Part shown: positions 32,301 through 42,615 of the stretch, in pieces
Layout: each line of letters starts with the position of its first letter
Numbering within the stretch: position 1 is the first letter of the stretch
Virus record (IMG/VR): IMGVR_UViG_3300028394_000068
DNA: 64,000 nt
Direction: 5' to 3' (one strand)
Source: an uncultured virus (IMG/VR IMGVR_UViG_3300028394_000068)
Taxonomy: Duplodnaviria; Heunggongvirae; Uroviricota; Caudoviricetes
The notes under the pieces: model-generated
Databases searched by the model: none
What the model was told of the DNA's origin: nothing
The model's input: the letters and a program-made list of their open reading frames with translations, nothing else
Made by a program: the position numbers and the translations under genes

Positions 32301-33811
32301 AAAATCTCTCCTTTGGTACTTACTCTAATTTGTTTGTTATTCATTTCAAATACTAAATTATGTTTGTTTGTTTTACCAACTAATTTAGCGTTTGGATATT
32401 TTTCCATAACTTTTCTTGAAGCAACTTCTTGAGAAATACTTTCAGAAAGTTGTTTTATTTTAGTTATTTTTTGTGCCTTTTGTTCGTTAATTAATTTAAC
32501 ATCTTTTTTCTTAGATTCAATTAATTTTTTTTCTGACTCATCAACTTTAAAGTATCCTTTTAATATACTATCAACTTTTGATTCAGTAAATAAATTTTCA
32601 ATCATACTTTCAACGTGACCTGCGTGTTCAGGGTCAATACCGTAAGCATTTTTTCTACCTCTGTGTCTTGGGTGAACCGGTTTCATTTCATCTTCAAAAT
32701 CTTCGTTTTCATCAAAAATTTTAGAAACCATATCTTTACCCATTTTTTCACGGTCACCGGTTGTCATATCTTCATCTTCATCTTCAAATCCTTCACCCAT
32801 TTCTAAATCAAACTCATCTTCATCTTCAATATCGTGTTTCGGATGATGTTTACCAAAATGTTTGTGTAAGTCAATTTCATCAAAATCATCATCATCGTAA
32901 TCTGAAAATTTACTTTTTGTATCAAAATCATCAAACCCTTCTCCCATTTCACCTTCAGTACCACCACCGATACCTAATTCTTCATCACTAAATTCTTCAC
33001 CTGAAGGTTCTCCTGTTGGTTCACCACCAAATTCGTCAGTACCCATATCATCACCTTCAAATTTATTTACGATTTCATCTTTATCTTCATCATCTAAATT
33101 TTCTAAATCTAATGCTGATAAAATTGAGTTGATTACGTATTTAGTATCTTTAGATGTCATTTCTTGTTCACCTTCTACTTCAGTATCTTGGAATGTTCTT
33201 AGTTTTTGAGCTAATTTACCTGTAAGTTTTTGAATTGATTTAAGAGTTACCGGTTCATTATCGTCTTGTTCCATATCATCACCTGTTGGTAATTCTGTTT
33301 CATCAGGTAATGGCAATGCCTCATCTTCTGATGGAGCAGGTGCCGGAGCAGGTGCGGGTGCCGGAGCGGGAGCCGGTGCCGGAGCGGGAGCCGCTTGTTC
33401 AGTGGTCTCACCTTTACCCATTTTTAAAATATATTTTTTAGCTTCAGAAGCACTTTCGTAAAATAAATTAATGTTACTTTCGTTACCTTCATTTACGTTT
33501 ACTTCTTTAGCAATTAAGTTAAGTCTTTTTAACGCTTGTGAATATGATGAGTAATATTTTCTATTTTTCATCGGTTCTAAATAATCCAACTCAGTAGATT
33601 CGGTTAATGTTCTTTTAATAACATAACCATTTTTCTCTTTAATGATTTGGTATTTTTTACCATCGGCTAATACTTTATTGTATTCAACAGATTTATCCTC
33701 ATTGATAGGTGTTGGAATGTTTTCTTTATATCTAGCAATTTCCATTATACGGGCGATTTTTTCCATACCCTCTAATTTCTCGCTACCAATCGGTCTTAAA
33801 TTGTTTCCCAT
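32297..33811 (-). CDS. Acidic prohead/internal protein with (AP)n linker
   Basis: 504 aa; many INE/LTE/LSE motifs. Confidence 0.6.
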   Translation of the reverse strand: MGNNLRPIGSEKLEGMEKIARIMEIARYKENIPTPINEDKSVEYNKVLADGKKYQIIKEKNGYVIKRTLTESTELDYLEPMKNRKYYSSYSQALKRLNLIAKEVNVNEGNESNINLFYESASEAKKYILKMGKGETTEQAAPAPAPAPAPAPAPAPAPAPSEDEALPLPDETELPTGDDMEQDDNEPVTLKSIQKLTGKLAQKLRTFQDTEVEGEQEMTSKDTKYVINSILSALDLENLDDEDKDEIVNKFEGDDMGTDEFGGEPTGEPSGEEFSDEELGIGGGTEGEMGEGFDDFDTKSKFSDYDDDDFDEIDLHKHFGKHHPKHDIEDEDEFDLEMGEGFEDEDEDMTTGDREKMGKDMVSKIFDENEDFEDEMKPVHPRHRGRKNAYGIDPEHAGHVESMIENLFTESKVDSILKGYFKVDESEKKLIESKKKDVKLINEQKAQKITKIKQLSESISQEVASRKVMEKYPNAKLVGKTNKHNLVFEMNNKQIRVSTKGEIL

Positions 33812-33874
33812 TTTGATTTTTTTTTGAAAATTATTTTTATATATAAATATACTCAGAATTAAAAATGTTGTGAT

Positions 33875-34612
33875 TTACTTAATAGATTCTTTTATTGAAA
33901 GTGTTTTATCTATAAAGTCATTTTTAAAGTCAAAAAGTTTTTGGATATAACCGTTTCTTCTTAAAACTTTAAACACTAAATTTTCATCTGACATTTCACC
34001 ACCTTTTTCAAGACCGGCAGTTCTATATTTTTTTATTTTGTCTTTATATTTGTCAATCATTTCTACCGCAATATCCAATGGTTCGTCTTTGGCGTTTTCT
34101 AATATATCGTCAATTAGTTTCATCCACTTTTCAGATTTTGATTTAATCAAATCTATATCAACTTCTGTATTGTCTTTTTTAGGTTTAGTTTCCCATTCAT
34201 TGTGTAATACAGAATATTCTCCACTACTAAAATGTGATTCACTCTCGTCTTGTACGTATAGTTCAACATCATACCCAAATATGGTAAGATTATGTTTGTC
34301 GTTAAATAATGTTTTTTTTAAGTTAAAAAGTTCTTCATATAATGGTAATTCTTTTTCGGAGAATTGGTTGAAGTCAGCCATTATATGTAAATCAATATCG
34401 GAATATTGTGACCAATTATAATTTGCCAAAGACCCGGTCATAACAACATCAGATACTACAACATCAACACCTAATGAATTAATAAATTCATAGGCGATGT
34501 TAAGAAGTCGTTCTCTAACCTTAGGATTCATCTTATCTGACGATTCCCAAATCTTAGGATTTAGGTCGTCCCGTAAATGAAAGCTTGATAATATACTTTT
34601 CAGATTGCTCAT
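33875..34612 (-). CDS. Pol-beta-superfamily nucleotidyltransferase
   Basis: TGSLANYNWSQYSDIDLH (GS...DxD) plus third acidic residue in DVELY. Confidence 0.75.
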   Translation of the reverse strand: MSNLKSILSSFHLRDDLNPKIWESSDKMNPKVRERLLNIAYEFINSLGVDVVVSDVVMTGSLANYNWSQYSDIDLHIMADFNQFSEKELPLYEELFNLKKTLFNDKHNLTIFGYDVELYVQDESESHFSSGEYSVLHNEWETKPKKDNTEVDIDLIKSKSEKWMKLIDDILENAKDEPLDIAVEMIDKYKDKIKKYRTAGLEKGGEMSDENLVFKVLRRNGYIQKLFDFKNDFIDKTLSIKESIK

Positions 34613-34642
34613 TAACGATAAATACTTAAAAAAGTATAATTG

Positions 34643-34885
34643 TTAAAGTTTTTTGTGTTTGTATGTTTTAACAATTTTTGATGAAAAGAATTTTCCCTGA
34701 GATTCTGCCATTCTAAATTGAGTGTATACTTGGTGGGGTACATCGTCATATTCATATTTATGACCATTGTTAAACTCAACTAACATTTTTTTAGTCTCAG
34801 TATCGTATTCTGTTTTTTTAACATTTGACGATTTTATCTCATTAATAATTTTCGTCCCGTTGATTGTTTCTTTTAATATTGCCAT
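34643..34885 (-). CDS. KTSC domain protein
   Basis: SSN...YD...LVEFNNG..YEY.DVP...AESQGKFF. Confidence 0.85.
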   Translation of the reverse strand: MAILKETINGTKIINEIKSSNVKKTEYDTETKKMLVEFNNGHKYEYDDVPHQVYTQFRMAESQGKFFSSKIVKTYKHKKL

Positions 34886-35183
34886 TTTCTAAAGGTGTTT
34901 CTAAGTCTATTTGTTTTAACCTATTACTAATATAATCACTAAACTCATTATGGTCAATAATATCAAAGTAAGTTTTTAACTCGGAATATAATTTATCTCT
35001 TAATCCTGAAAATTTTTGAAAATTACTCATAATATCATTTGGATAATACGGTGGTCTTACCAAATCTTTCTCGGTCCAACCTTCCCTTTTAAAGGCGTGA
35101 CGAAGTTTTCTATAAGTGTCCGATAACTCCTTATCGGCATTTAATTTCTCAATATATTTTTGCCAAGCTTTTTTCTCTTCCAT
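34842..35183 (-). CDS. Hypothetical protein
   Basis: Start MEEKK directly after TATTTATA at 35187-35194. Confidence 0.5.
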   Translation of the reverse strand: MEEKKAWQKYIEKLNADKELSDTYRKLRHAFKREGWTEKDLVRPPYYPNDIMSNFQKFSGLRDKLYSELKTYFDIIDHNEFSDYISNRLKQIDLETPLENGNIKRNNQRDENY

Positions 35184-35208
35184 ATTTATAAATATAATTA
35201 AAATTTGT

Positions 35209-35239
35209 TTTGGTAATCTAAAATAAAGTATTACTTTTG
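35209..35239 (+). promoter_or_regulatory. Bacteroidota sigma70-type promoter for clpC
   Basis: TTTG-N19-TACTTTTG. Confidence 0.65.
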
Positions 35240-35294
35240 TCGAACCATTTGAAAAAATGGAATTAACCCTTATACTTAAATAAAACAATTAATT

Positions 35295-37340
35295 ATGATA
35301 GAATCTATGGATGGTGGAAGTAATGGTGGTAATAAAGCAGTTAAGACTGACTCGTCAACTCCCGTATTAGACAATTTTAGTAGAGATTTAATAAAACTTG
35401 CCGAAGAGGGTAAACTTGACCCGGTAATTGGTAGAGAAAGAGAAATCACACGAATCGCCCAAATCCTTTCACGTAGAAAGAAAAATAACCCAATAATCAT
35501 CGGAGAACCTGGTTGTGGTAAAACCGCAATCGTGGAAGGTCTTGCCATTATGATTTATAATGGGGAATGTCCAAGAAACTTAATGGACAAACGTATCGTA
35601 TCCTTAGATATGACATCAATTGTTGCCGGAACCAAATACCGTGGACAATTTGAAGAAAGAATGAAAGTTATTATTGAAGAACTTCAGAACGCACCGAACA
35701 TCATCGTATTCATTGACGAAATCCACACAATCGTTGGAGCAGGAAACTCATCAGGTTCAATGGACGCATCAAACATCTTTAAACCGGCACTTGCCCGTGG
35801 GGAGATTCAATGTGTTGGTGCAACAACATTAGATGAATACCGAAAAAACTTTGAGAAAGACGGAGCATTAGAAAGACGTTTTCAAAAAGTTGTAGTGGAT
35901 GCGGCAACCAAAGCTGAAACCCTAATCATCCTTCAAAATGTCAAAAACAAATATGAGGATTATCATAAGGTAACTTATACGGATGAAGTATTATCAGTAT
36001 GTGTTGATTTAGCTGACCGTTACATCACCGATAGAGAATTTCCGGACAAAGCGTTTGATATTATTGATGAGGTTGGAGCAAGAAGTCAGGTGGATATCAA
36101 AATGCCCGATACAATTGAAAAATTAAAACAACAAGCGTCAGACATCAAACAAGAAAAAGTCAATGTTGTAAAACAACAACGATATGAGGAGGCAGCAAAT
36201 CTCCGTGACAAAGAAAAACGTATCTTAAACAAACTTGAGACTGAAAAGAAAAAGTTTGAAGAAGAACTTCTTACACACAAGAAAGAAATTACACTTGATT
36301 TAGTTTATGAGGTTGTTTCCAATATGACAAAAATCCCGGTAACAAAATTAAATGCCGATGAAACTAAAACTCTATCTGAGATGGAATCAAACCTATCTGA
36401 TAAAGTAATTGGACAAGCGGAAGCAGTTTCAAAGATTGTTAAATCAATCCGTAGAAACAGAATTGGTATCAAAGACCCGAACAAACCAATTGGTTCATTC
36501 ATCTTCCTTGGTTCAACAGGTGTGGGTAAAACATACTTGGCAAAACAATTAGCAAAACAAATGTTTGGTAGTGAAGATAATATGATTCGTGTGGATATGT
36601 CGGAATACCAAGAAAAACACTCCATTTCAAGATTGATTGGAGCACCTCCGGGATACGTTGGATACGATGAAGGTGGTCAATTAACCGAACAAGTGAAAAA
36701 CAAACCTTATTCTGTAATTCTATTTGATGAGATTGAGAAAGCCAATAAAGACATTTTTGGAACTCTACTTCAAGTATTAGACGATGGTCACCTTACCGAT
36801 GGTATGGGGAGAAAGATTAACTTCAAAAATTGTGTTATCATTATGACATCAAACGTGGGGGTTAAAAAGTTACAGGATTTTGGTTCAGGTGTTGGGTTTA
36901 AAACTGGTAATAGTACTTACGCGGAAGAAGAATACAAACGTGAGACTCTTAAAAAAGAACTTAAAAAATTCTTTACACCGGAATTTTTAAACAGAATTGA
37001 TGAGGTAGTAATCTTTAACTCTTTAGTTAAAGAAGACGTTAAAAAAATTGTGACTTTGGAATTGGATAAATTATCCAAAAGATTGGTTGGGTTGAAATAT
37101 AACATCACATTTGATGAGTCTATTTTAGAACTAATCTCTGAAGTTGGGTTTGATGAGACCTACGGGGCTAGACCAATCAAAAGAGCTATCCAAGATAAGA
37201 TTGAGGATTTTGTGTCAGAAGAAATTATCAAAGGAAATATGGTGGAGGGTGTTCCATACACCCTTGTATCCATAGAGAAAGAAGTGATTGTTAAACCGGA
37301 AGTTGTTAAAAAGACAAGAAAGAAAAAAGAGGACCAATAG
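35295..37340 (+). CDS. clpC: ClpC-type AAA+ unfoldase lacking the N-terminal domain
   Basis: GEPGCGKT and GSTGVGKT Walker A motifs; UVR coiled coil ([11 protein letters not shown]); GVGF ClpP-docking loop. Confidence 0.9.
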   Translation: MIESMDGGSNGGNKAVKTDSSTPVLDNFSRDLIKLAEEGKLDPVIGREREITRIAQILSRRKKNNPIIIGEPGCGKTAIVEGLAIMIYNGECPRNLMDKRIVSLDMTSIVAGTKYRGQFEERMKVIIEELQNAPNIIVFIDEIHTIVGAGNSSGSMDASNIFKPALARGEIQCVGATTLDEYRKNFEKDGALERRFQKVVVDAATKAETLIILQNVKNKYEDYHKVTYTDEVLSVCVDLADRYITDREFPDKAFDIIDEVGARSQVDIKMPDTIEKLKQQASDIKQEKVNVVKQQRYEEAANLRDKEKRILNKLETEKKKFEEELLTHKKEITLDLVYEVVSNMTKIPVTKLNADETKTLSEMESNLSDKVIGQAEAVSKIVKSIRRNRIGIKDPNKPIGSFIFLGSTGVGKTYLAKQLAKQMFGSEDNMIRVDMSEYQEKHSISRLIGAPPGYVGYDEGGQLTEQVKNKPYSVILFDEIEKANKDIFGTLLQVLDDGHLTDGMGRKINFKNCVIIMTSNVGVKKLQDFGSGVGFKTGNSTYAEEEYKRETLKKELKKFFTPEFLNRIDEVVIFNSLVKEDVKKIVTLELDKLSKRLVGLKYNITFDESILELISEVGFDETYGARPIKRAIQDKIEDFVSEEIIKGNMVEGVPYTLVSIEKEVIVKPEVVKKTRKKKEDQ

Positions 37341-37353
37341 TCCTCTTTTTTTT
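37323..37353 (+). terminator. Intrinsic terminator after clpC
   Basis: GAGGAC-CAATA-GTCCTC followed by a T-tract. Confidence 0.7.
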
Positions 37354-37393
37354 ATTCAATAAAAAAACCCTTCTTTTCAGGAGGGTTTTTAAT

Positions 37394-38215
37394 TTAAAAC
37401 ATTTTGTAATACTTGGATTCAGATTTAAACTGATACTTATTATACCCCAACCCCTCAATCATCTTTTTACCGGTCTCTATTCCACTATAAACATCATCAA
37501 CAACAACATATTCATTTGGTGTGTGATAGTTGTAATAACCTATCGCAAAATTGATACAGGAGAAGTCAAAGTTGTTCTTTAATGCGTAAACATCGGTATA
37601 AGGATGTGATTGGTAATCGTGTCTACCCTGAAAACCCTCGTTTAATGCCACATCACAAATTTTAAAGAACTCACCATCTCTATCAAATAGTTGTGTTCCC
37701 ATACAATATTCGCTAACCATAACATTTCCCGGAGCATCAAACTGAATACCGTACCCAACATTCATAAAGAAATTAACATCCGCTTTCTTGGACCCGTGAC
37801 ATCCGGTTTCTTCAGATACGAAGAACGCCGCTTTCAAATTTGGTAATTCTTTAAGTAATTCCAAACAAGCATAAACACCACATTTATCATCACCACCAAT
37901 TCCAGTTGGATGTCCAAAATGGTTATACGCTTTCAACGATGGTTTGTCTTCTTTTTGTTCATTTGGTAATATTTCCTCACGAATGATTATGTTATCCAAA
38001 GAATGAACCGTATCGGTGTGAGCAATCACGCAAGGAAAGTAATCAACAAACTCATCCGTTTGTTTTATCGCATAAATGTTTTTATGTTCATCCACATTGA
38101 ATGGAATCCCATTTTCTTCTAACCAATTGATTAGAAATTCAACCATAAGGTCTTCTTGATATGTTTTAGTCGGAACCGACAAAACGTCTTTTAATAATTG
38201 ATAATCTCTTTCCAT
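37394..38215 (-). CDS. M20/M28-family metallopeptidase
   Basis: AHTDTV, GGDDKCG, EETG, YHTPNE. Confidence 0.8.
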   Translation of the reverse strand: MERDYQLLKDVLSVPTKTYQEDLMVEFLINWLEENGIPFNVDEHKNIYAIKQTDEFVDYFPCVIAHTDTVHSLDNIIIREEILPNEQKEDKPSLKAYNHFGHPTGIGGDDKCGVYACLELLKELPNLKAAFFVSEETGCHGSKKADVNFFMNVGYGIQFDAPGNVMVSEYCMGTQLFDRDGEFFKICDVALNEGFQGRHDYQSHPYTDVYALKNNFDFSCINFAIGYYNYHTPNEYVVVDDVYSGIETGKKMIEGLGYNKYQFKSESKYYKMF

Positions 38216-38255
38216 ATTGCAAATATAGGAAAAATAATTTGATTATTAACTATTT

Positions 38256-39962
38256 TTAAAATTTTAATTTAACACCACCCTGAATAGTCATCGGGTCAAT
38301 ATTACTTTTAGTTAAGGTAAACCCAATATTTTTTAAGTTAACATCAAATGTACTGATACGTTTTGGTTCATAAGTTTGAATGTTAAATGTGGTAAACTTA
38401 AATGGTGACTCCGGTGTTGATAATTGTTTAACCAAAGTATTCATATCCAAAGTAACTCCCGGGTTTTTTGATTTATATTCACCTAACTTATTTTGAAGAT
38501 ACATCAATGGTTTTTTTGTGTTGAATATTGTTGGGTCAGTCTTTGATATTGTTGAAATAAAATTATTAACTTCATTACCCGTTGTTTGTTCAGAAATAAC
38601 TTTTCTTCTCTTTATATTTTCAAACAATTCAGGTGAAACTAAAAAATTATTAAATTCTTCTTCAGTATAACTTCTTTCTTCCAACCCACCTTCTTTTTTA
38701 TACACCTGAACAATTATTTTGTTTGTTGCTGGGTCAATTTTTCTAATAAAAAATTCTCTATCTGATTTAGTTTTGTATCTATTATTAAATTTAAACTGTT
38801 TAGTTATTTTATCGTATATATTAGAGTATTCATAAACATCAATAAAATCCTCAGAGTCCTCCATTTTTTCTAATATTTTATCCAATTGGTCTTCAACAAC
38901 TCTATTAAATGATTCATCATCAAAATCGGTACATTCAATATCCCATCTATTTTCATCCCAACCTCCAAGATTACTATCTCTATGTCCAATATCTTTAAGA
39001 ACATCCATTAAACCTAATGTTTTATCTTTAACTGTGTTATATAACGATAATAATATACCTACCGTTGTATAATAGTTATGAAAACAATCTTGTCTAACAA
39101 TCCCATATTTATTGAAGTAGTCACAAACATCCCCTTCAACCCATTCTTTAGCACCTTTACTTCTACAGACATTCTGTTCATCAACCCAATCACTAGTTAT
39201 GTAATCAATTTCATTGGAGAACATATCTTCAACTTTTTGACAAGCTTCTTCTTTTTCACTATCCTCTTCTAAATTAGCCGCGGATGGAAGAACAAGTCTA
39301 ATTATTTGTTTAAACTTGATAAGATTTTCATCCGAAAACTGATATATCAAATATCCCTCATTCCATTCATTATATCCGTGGTCATAATCAACAAAGGTAT
39401 AACTATCGTAATAAGAATATAGTGAGTTAGCAAAATCAACATCGTACTCCTCAAGGTCAAATAATTTTAAATAATCCTCCATTTCATCAAAACGAAGTTT
39501 AACCATACTTTTTATTGGATTATTTTCGTTATATCTGAATCCATAAATAAGGTCATCAGCCCTATCTATTTGATTTTTTGTAACTTTTTCACCGTTCTTA
39601 ACCGCTAATAATAATTTATATACATCTGATTGCCCAACAATATTATCAACAACTGATTTAACATCATCCGGTAAATCTGATTCAAACTCAAATCTACTTA
39701 ATCCTCTATGTTTTTGAGCCTCACTACCATAATATTCTATTTTTTTATCTTGTTCTTTATGGATAATTGATGTTTGGATTGGTTCCTTAGTTTTATCTAT
39801 AATAAAATAAGTATCCCCATCTCTAAATTGATTCCAACTACCTTTAAATTTTTCCGGAGCGTAATACACAAAGGCATCATAGTCCAATGGGTCTACAACC
39901 AACCAATCGTCATTGTCTAATAATATGTTTTTCATTCCGTGAAAGCTCTTTGTGCCCGGCAT
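38256..39962 (-). CDS. Hypothetical acidic protein
   Basis: 568-aa ORF; no confident family. Confidence 0.6.
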   Translation of the reverse strand: MPGTKSFHGMKNILLDNDDWLVVDPLDYDAFVYYAPEKFKGSWNQFRDGDTYFIIDKTKEPIQTSIIHKEQDKKIEYYGSEAQKHRGLSRFEFESDLPDDVKSVVDNIVGQSDVYKLLLAVKNGEKVTKNQIDRADDLIYGFRYNENNPIKSMVKLRFDEMEDYLKLFDLEEYDVDFANSLYSYYDSYTFVDYDHGYNEWNEGYLIYQFSDENLIKFKQIIRLVLPSAANLEEDSEKEEACQKVEDMFSNEIDYITSDWVDEQNVCRSKGAKEWVEGDVCDYFNKYGIVRQDCFHNYYTTVGILLSLYNTVKDKTLGLMDVLKDIGHRDSNLGGWDENRWDIECTDFDDESFNRVVEDQLDKILEKMEDSEDFIDVYEYSNIYDKITKQFKFNNRYKTKSDREFFIRKIDPATNKIIVQVYKKEGGLEERSYTEEEFNNFLVSPELFENIKRRKVISEQTTGNEVNNFISTISKTDPTIFNTKKPLMYLQNKLGEYKSKNPGVTLDMNTLVKQLSTPESPFKFTTFNIQTYEPKRISTFDVNLKNIGFTLTKSNIDPMTIQGGVKLKF

Positions 39963-39994
39963 TGATATTTATTTTAATAATAAATATAATTTTA

Positions 39995-40025
39995 TTTGGA
40001 TTTATCCAAAAATGTATTATCTTTG
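39995..40025 (+). promoter_or_regulatory. Bacteroidota sigma70-type promoter for tmRNA
   Basis: TTTG-N19-TATCTTTG. Confidence 0.7.
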
Positions 40026-40039
40026 TGGTATCAAAATAT

Positions 40040-40436
40040 GGGAGTGACACGGAATTGACTATTCGTAATAGTTATTCGGGGCACGTAGTGAGATGTTCTC
40101 TATCACTTAAATCTATGGGTACAACAATTTAGACGGAAACGTTTTAAACAAAATGGCTCTAGTAGGTCTTGTACGTCAAGACGAGCTTGTGAACGTAGCG
40201 TAAGCACACTCACATTGGGGTCGGTGGACATATAACCTAGCAACAGAAGTCCCTACAAAGGTGTGGTACCTATCCGAAAAGGTACAAGTGGAGGATTAGT
40301 TCTCAGTAAACCGAACCACTCTAAAAATAAGGGAATTGTGAAATTTTGGATTGTTAGCTTAAACAATATCCTAAACGTGTAGTCCTTAATAGGTAATACA
40401 AGTAACACCGGAGTTCGAGTCTCCGCACTTCCACCA
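40040..40436 (+). ncRNA. ssrA: tmRNA (one-piece)
   Basis: 5' GGGAGTG pairs with 3' CACTTCC-ACCA with G3:U70; GGAATTGAC D-like loop; CGGAG-TTCGAGT-CTCCG T-arm; tag frame 40135-40203; smpB nearby. Confidence 0.93.
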
Positions 40437-40438
40437 AA

Positions 40439-40469
40439 AGAAAAACCCATCATTACGATGGGTTTTTTT
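40439..40469 (+). terminator. Terminator after tmRNA (bidirectional)
   Basis: AAAAACCCATC-ATTAC-GATGGGTTTTTTT. Confidence 0.75.
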
Positions 40470-40493
40470 GTTATCAGTTCAAATGTTTATTTT

Positions 40494-40853
40494 TTAATCT
40501 TGTAATAAATCCTTTGTTACCGGATTTAATTTAGTTACTAATTTATCTAATCTTGAATCAATAGTTCTATATACGTCATCAAGACGTTTGTGTGTTTCCT
40601 CAACTCTAGAGTTTATATATCTATTACTATCAGTAAATAAATCGTCAGTTCTTCTAATCTCACCATCTATACGACGATGTAGTTCCTCACTTACTCTGTT
40701 TATATCATTATAGATATGTCCTTGTGATTGTTCCATACTGAAACATTTATTTTTTAATCTGTTAATTTGTTTGTACATCATAACCATAACCCCAACTCCC
40801 AGTGCCCCGAGAACCAAAACTATACCCATAATGAACGATGTTAAATCTACCAT
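40494..40853 (-). CDS. Membrane-anchored coiled-coil hypothetical protein
   Basis: N-terminal TM helix then heptad-like repeats. Confidence 0.6.
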   Translation of the reverse strand: MVDLTSFIMGIVLVLGALGVGVMVMMYKQINRLKNKCFSMEQSQGHIYNDINRVSEELHRRIDGEIRRTDDLFTDSNRYINSRVEETHKRLDDVYRTIDSRLDKLVTKLNPVTKDLLQD

Positions 40854-40913
40854 AATTTCTTTTTTTTATTTGTTTATTATTGAACTGATAATTAAATATA
40901 ATAAAAAAAGAGA

Positions 40914-41351
40914 CTATTTCAAGTCTCTTTTCATATCTCTTTCAATATCCCGAGATTTAATACTATCTCGTTTATCGTGGAGTTTTTTCCCTTTGGCAAG
41001 AGCAATCTCCATTTTAATCAATCCGGTATCGTTTATGAAGACACGATAAGGAATAATGGTTGTCCCGTTGATTAACTCACGTTCCAACTTATTAAGTTCT
41101 TTTTTCTTGGCTAATAGTTTTCTATCCTTAACGGTCTCGTGGAATGACCCATAACCATAATCAGAGATGTTCATCCCCTTTATAAACAACTCACCTTCGT
41201 TGAAATAACAATACCCTTCAGATATGGAGACCTTTCCCTGACGGATGGACTTCACCTCTGAACCAACTAGTTTGATTCCCACAATTAGGGTTTCTAAAAA
41301 TGAATACTCAAACTTGGCTTTCTTATTGACTATGTTAATTGATTTTTTCAT
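40914..41351 (-). CDS. smpB: SsrA-binding protein SmpB
   Basis: NKKAKFEY, GIKLVGSEVKSIR, RKLL, AKGKKLHDKR. Confidence 0.95.
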   Translation of the reverse strand: MKKSINIVNKKAKFEYSFLETLIVGIKLVGSEVKSIRQGKVSISEGYCYFNEGELFIKGMNISDYGYGSFHETVKDRKLLAKKKELNKLERELINGTTIIPYRVFINDTGLIKMEIALAKGKKLHDKRDSIKSRDIERDMKRDLK

Positions 41352-41355
41352 ACGA

Positions 41356-41386
41356 CAAAGATAATATAAAAATTGGTATAAACAAA
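41356..41386 (-). promoter_or_regulatory. Bacteroidota sigma70-type promoter for smpB
   Basis: TTTG-N19-TATCTTTG on minus strand. Confidence 0.65.
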
Positions 41387-41415
41387 AAACCCACTAAAAA
41401 AGTGGGTTCATAATC

Positions 41416-41634
41416 TTATTTGTTTTTAAATTTTTCTAATAATTGTTGTATAGTTAAAACTCTAGTTGTGTATTTATTGTCTTGTATTCTGCACCAATTT
41501 GCAAATTCCATCTGTTGTTTCTCAAACATTTCTTTAGCATTTTCAAATACTGCTTCATTATACTCAATATCTTCATTTGATATTGGGTTTGGAAGTAGGT
41601 TGTTGTATAACCATTCTACTGCTGATTGTTCCAT
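41416..41634 (-). CDS. Small hypothetical protein (MEQSAVEWL...)
   Basis: Starts at the ATG of one repeat copy, ends at the TAA of the next. Confidence 0.6.
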   Translation of the reverse strand: MEQSAVEWLYNNLLPNPISNEDIEYNEAVFENAKEMFEKQQMEFANWCRIQDNKYTTRVLTIQQLLEKFKNK

Positions 41635-41653
41635 AATCTTATTTTTGTCTATG

Positions 41654-41911
41654 TTATTCATATTTCAAAATATCTACGTAATAATTATTGGAGTTATAAC
41701 CATATTTAATTCTACTTTGTTCCGCATCTTCTTTAGTTTTGAAAGGAGATAAGATTACATTATGTTCTTTACTCCCGTGTGCTGGTGTTTTTTCATACAC
41801 CGCATAAAGTGTTTTTTGTTTATTATCCCCTATTAATCCTATTAAGACACCTTTAGGTATACCCAATTCATCTTTATTAATTGTATTAACTAATTTAGGT
41901 TCTTTTTCCAT
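41654..41911 (-). CDS. Small hypothetical protein
   Basis: Starts at the repeat ATG (MEKEPK). Confidence 0.55.
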   Translation of the reverse strand: MEKEPKLVNTINKDELGIPKGVLIGLIGDNKQKTLYAVYEKTPAHGSKEHNVILSPFKTKEDAEQSRIKYGYNSNNYYVDILKYE

Positions 41912-41915
41912 AATC

Positions 41916-42101
41916 TTATTTGTTAGGTTCTTGTTTAACATCTTCATAATGATTAAATACTTCTGATATTATTCTTTCTTCAATTCCTTCAATTTTTAAC
42001 GCTAACTCAATAGCATTTCTAATTTGATACGCATAATGAAAATCATTTAAGTCAATTGTAACTTTAGGGTGGTTCTCATTTCTTTTTATTACTATTTTCA
42101 T
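41916..42101 (-). CDS. Small hypothetical protein
   Basis: Runs from repeat ATG to repeat TAA. Confidence 0.55.
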   Translation of the reverse strand: MKIVIKRNENHPKVTIDLNDFHYAYQIRNAIELALKIEGIEERIISEVFNHYEDVKQEPNK

Positions 42102-42178
42102 AATCTTATTTGTTTATAAAACAAAGATAAACAAAAAATCCCAATAAATAAACTATTGGGATTAAAAATATTATTATC

Positions 42179-42526
42179 TTAATTTGTATAGTCCCCAACT
42201 ATTTCACTATCATTAAACCCATCTATATCACCGCTATAAATGGTTCTTATTTTTAAGTTGTAACGTTCCTTTAACCATTTCTTTGTTAATTCTTGAATTT
42301 CCGGAGAATCCATACTTAACATATATTTTAAAAATGACGAAATTTCATAATCAATAAAAACATCCTTATCTTTTTTATTATATTCAAGAATCACCTTTTT
42401 ATTTTTTAAGTAATAAATACAACAAGGATATTTTTCCGTTTTAAATGATTTCAAATCACCATAGTTATCGTTCAACCAATTAATGGCAAGTCTCTCTAAT
42501 CTACTTTCTGTTATTATAATTTTCAT
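42179..42526 (-). CDS. Hypothetical protein with MKIIITES leader
   Basis: 115 aa; ITE motif shared with other putative head-internal proteins. Confidence 0.55.
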   Translation of the reverse strand: MKIIITESRLERLAINWLNDNYGDLKSFKTEKYPCCIYYLKNKKVILEYNKKDKDVFIDYEISSFLKYMLSMDSPEIQELTKKWLKERYNLKIRTIYSGDIDGFNDSEIVGDYTN

Positions 42527-42615
42527 ACCAATAAATATATGAAAAAAATAAATAATTTTTTTCTAATAATTATGACTTTTTATACTTTTTGAGATATTTA
42601 TAATAAAGAGATATT

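Larger units (their letters stand above)
41409..42114 (-). repeat. Four copies of a 16-bp direct repeat (AACAAATAAGATTATG) delimiting small-gene cassettes
   Basis: Copies at 41409-41424, 41632-41647 (variant), 41909-41924 and 42099-42114. Confidence 0.85.

Noticed and set aside
14428..37353. Similar GGAC-N5-GTCC hairpins at 14436, 18014 and 37329 as a mobile repeat
   Set aside because: Short, at gene ends, with A/T tails; adequately explained as terminators.
39887..40453. ORFs 39887-40132 (+) and 40253-40453 (-)
   Set aside because: They overlap the tmRNA and its promoter; spurious.
41409..42114. Repeat array as CRISPR
   Set aside because: Repeats are 16 bp with ~175-260-bp coding spacers; no cas genes. 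No CRISPR array was seen anywhere in the window.
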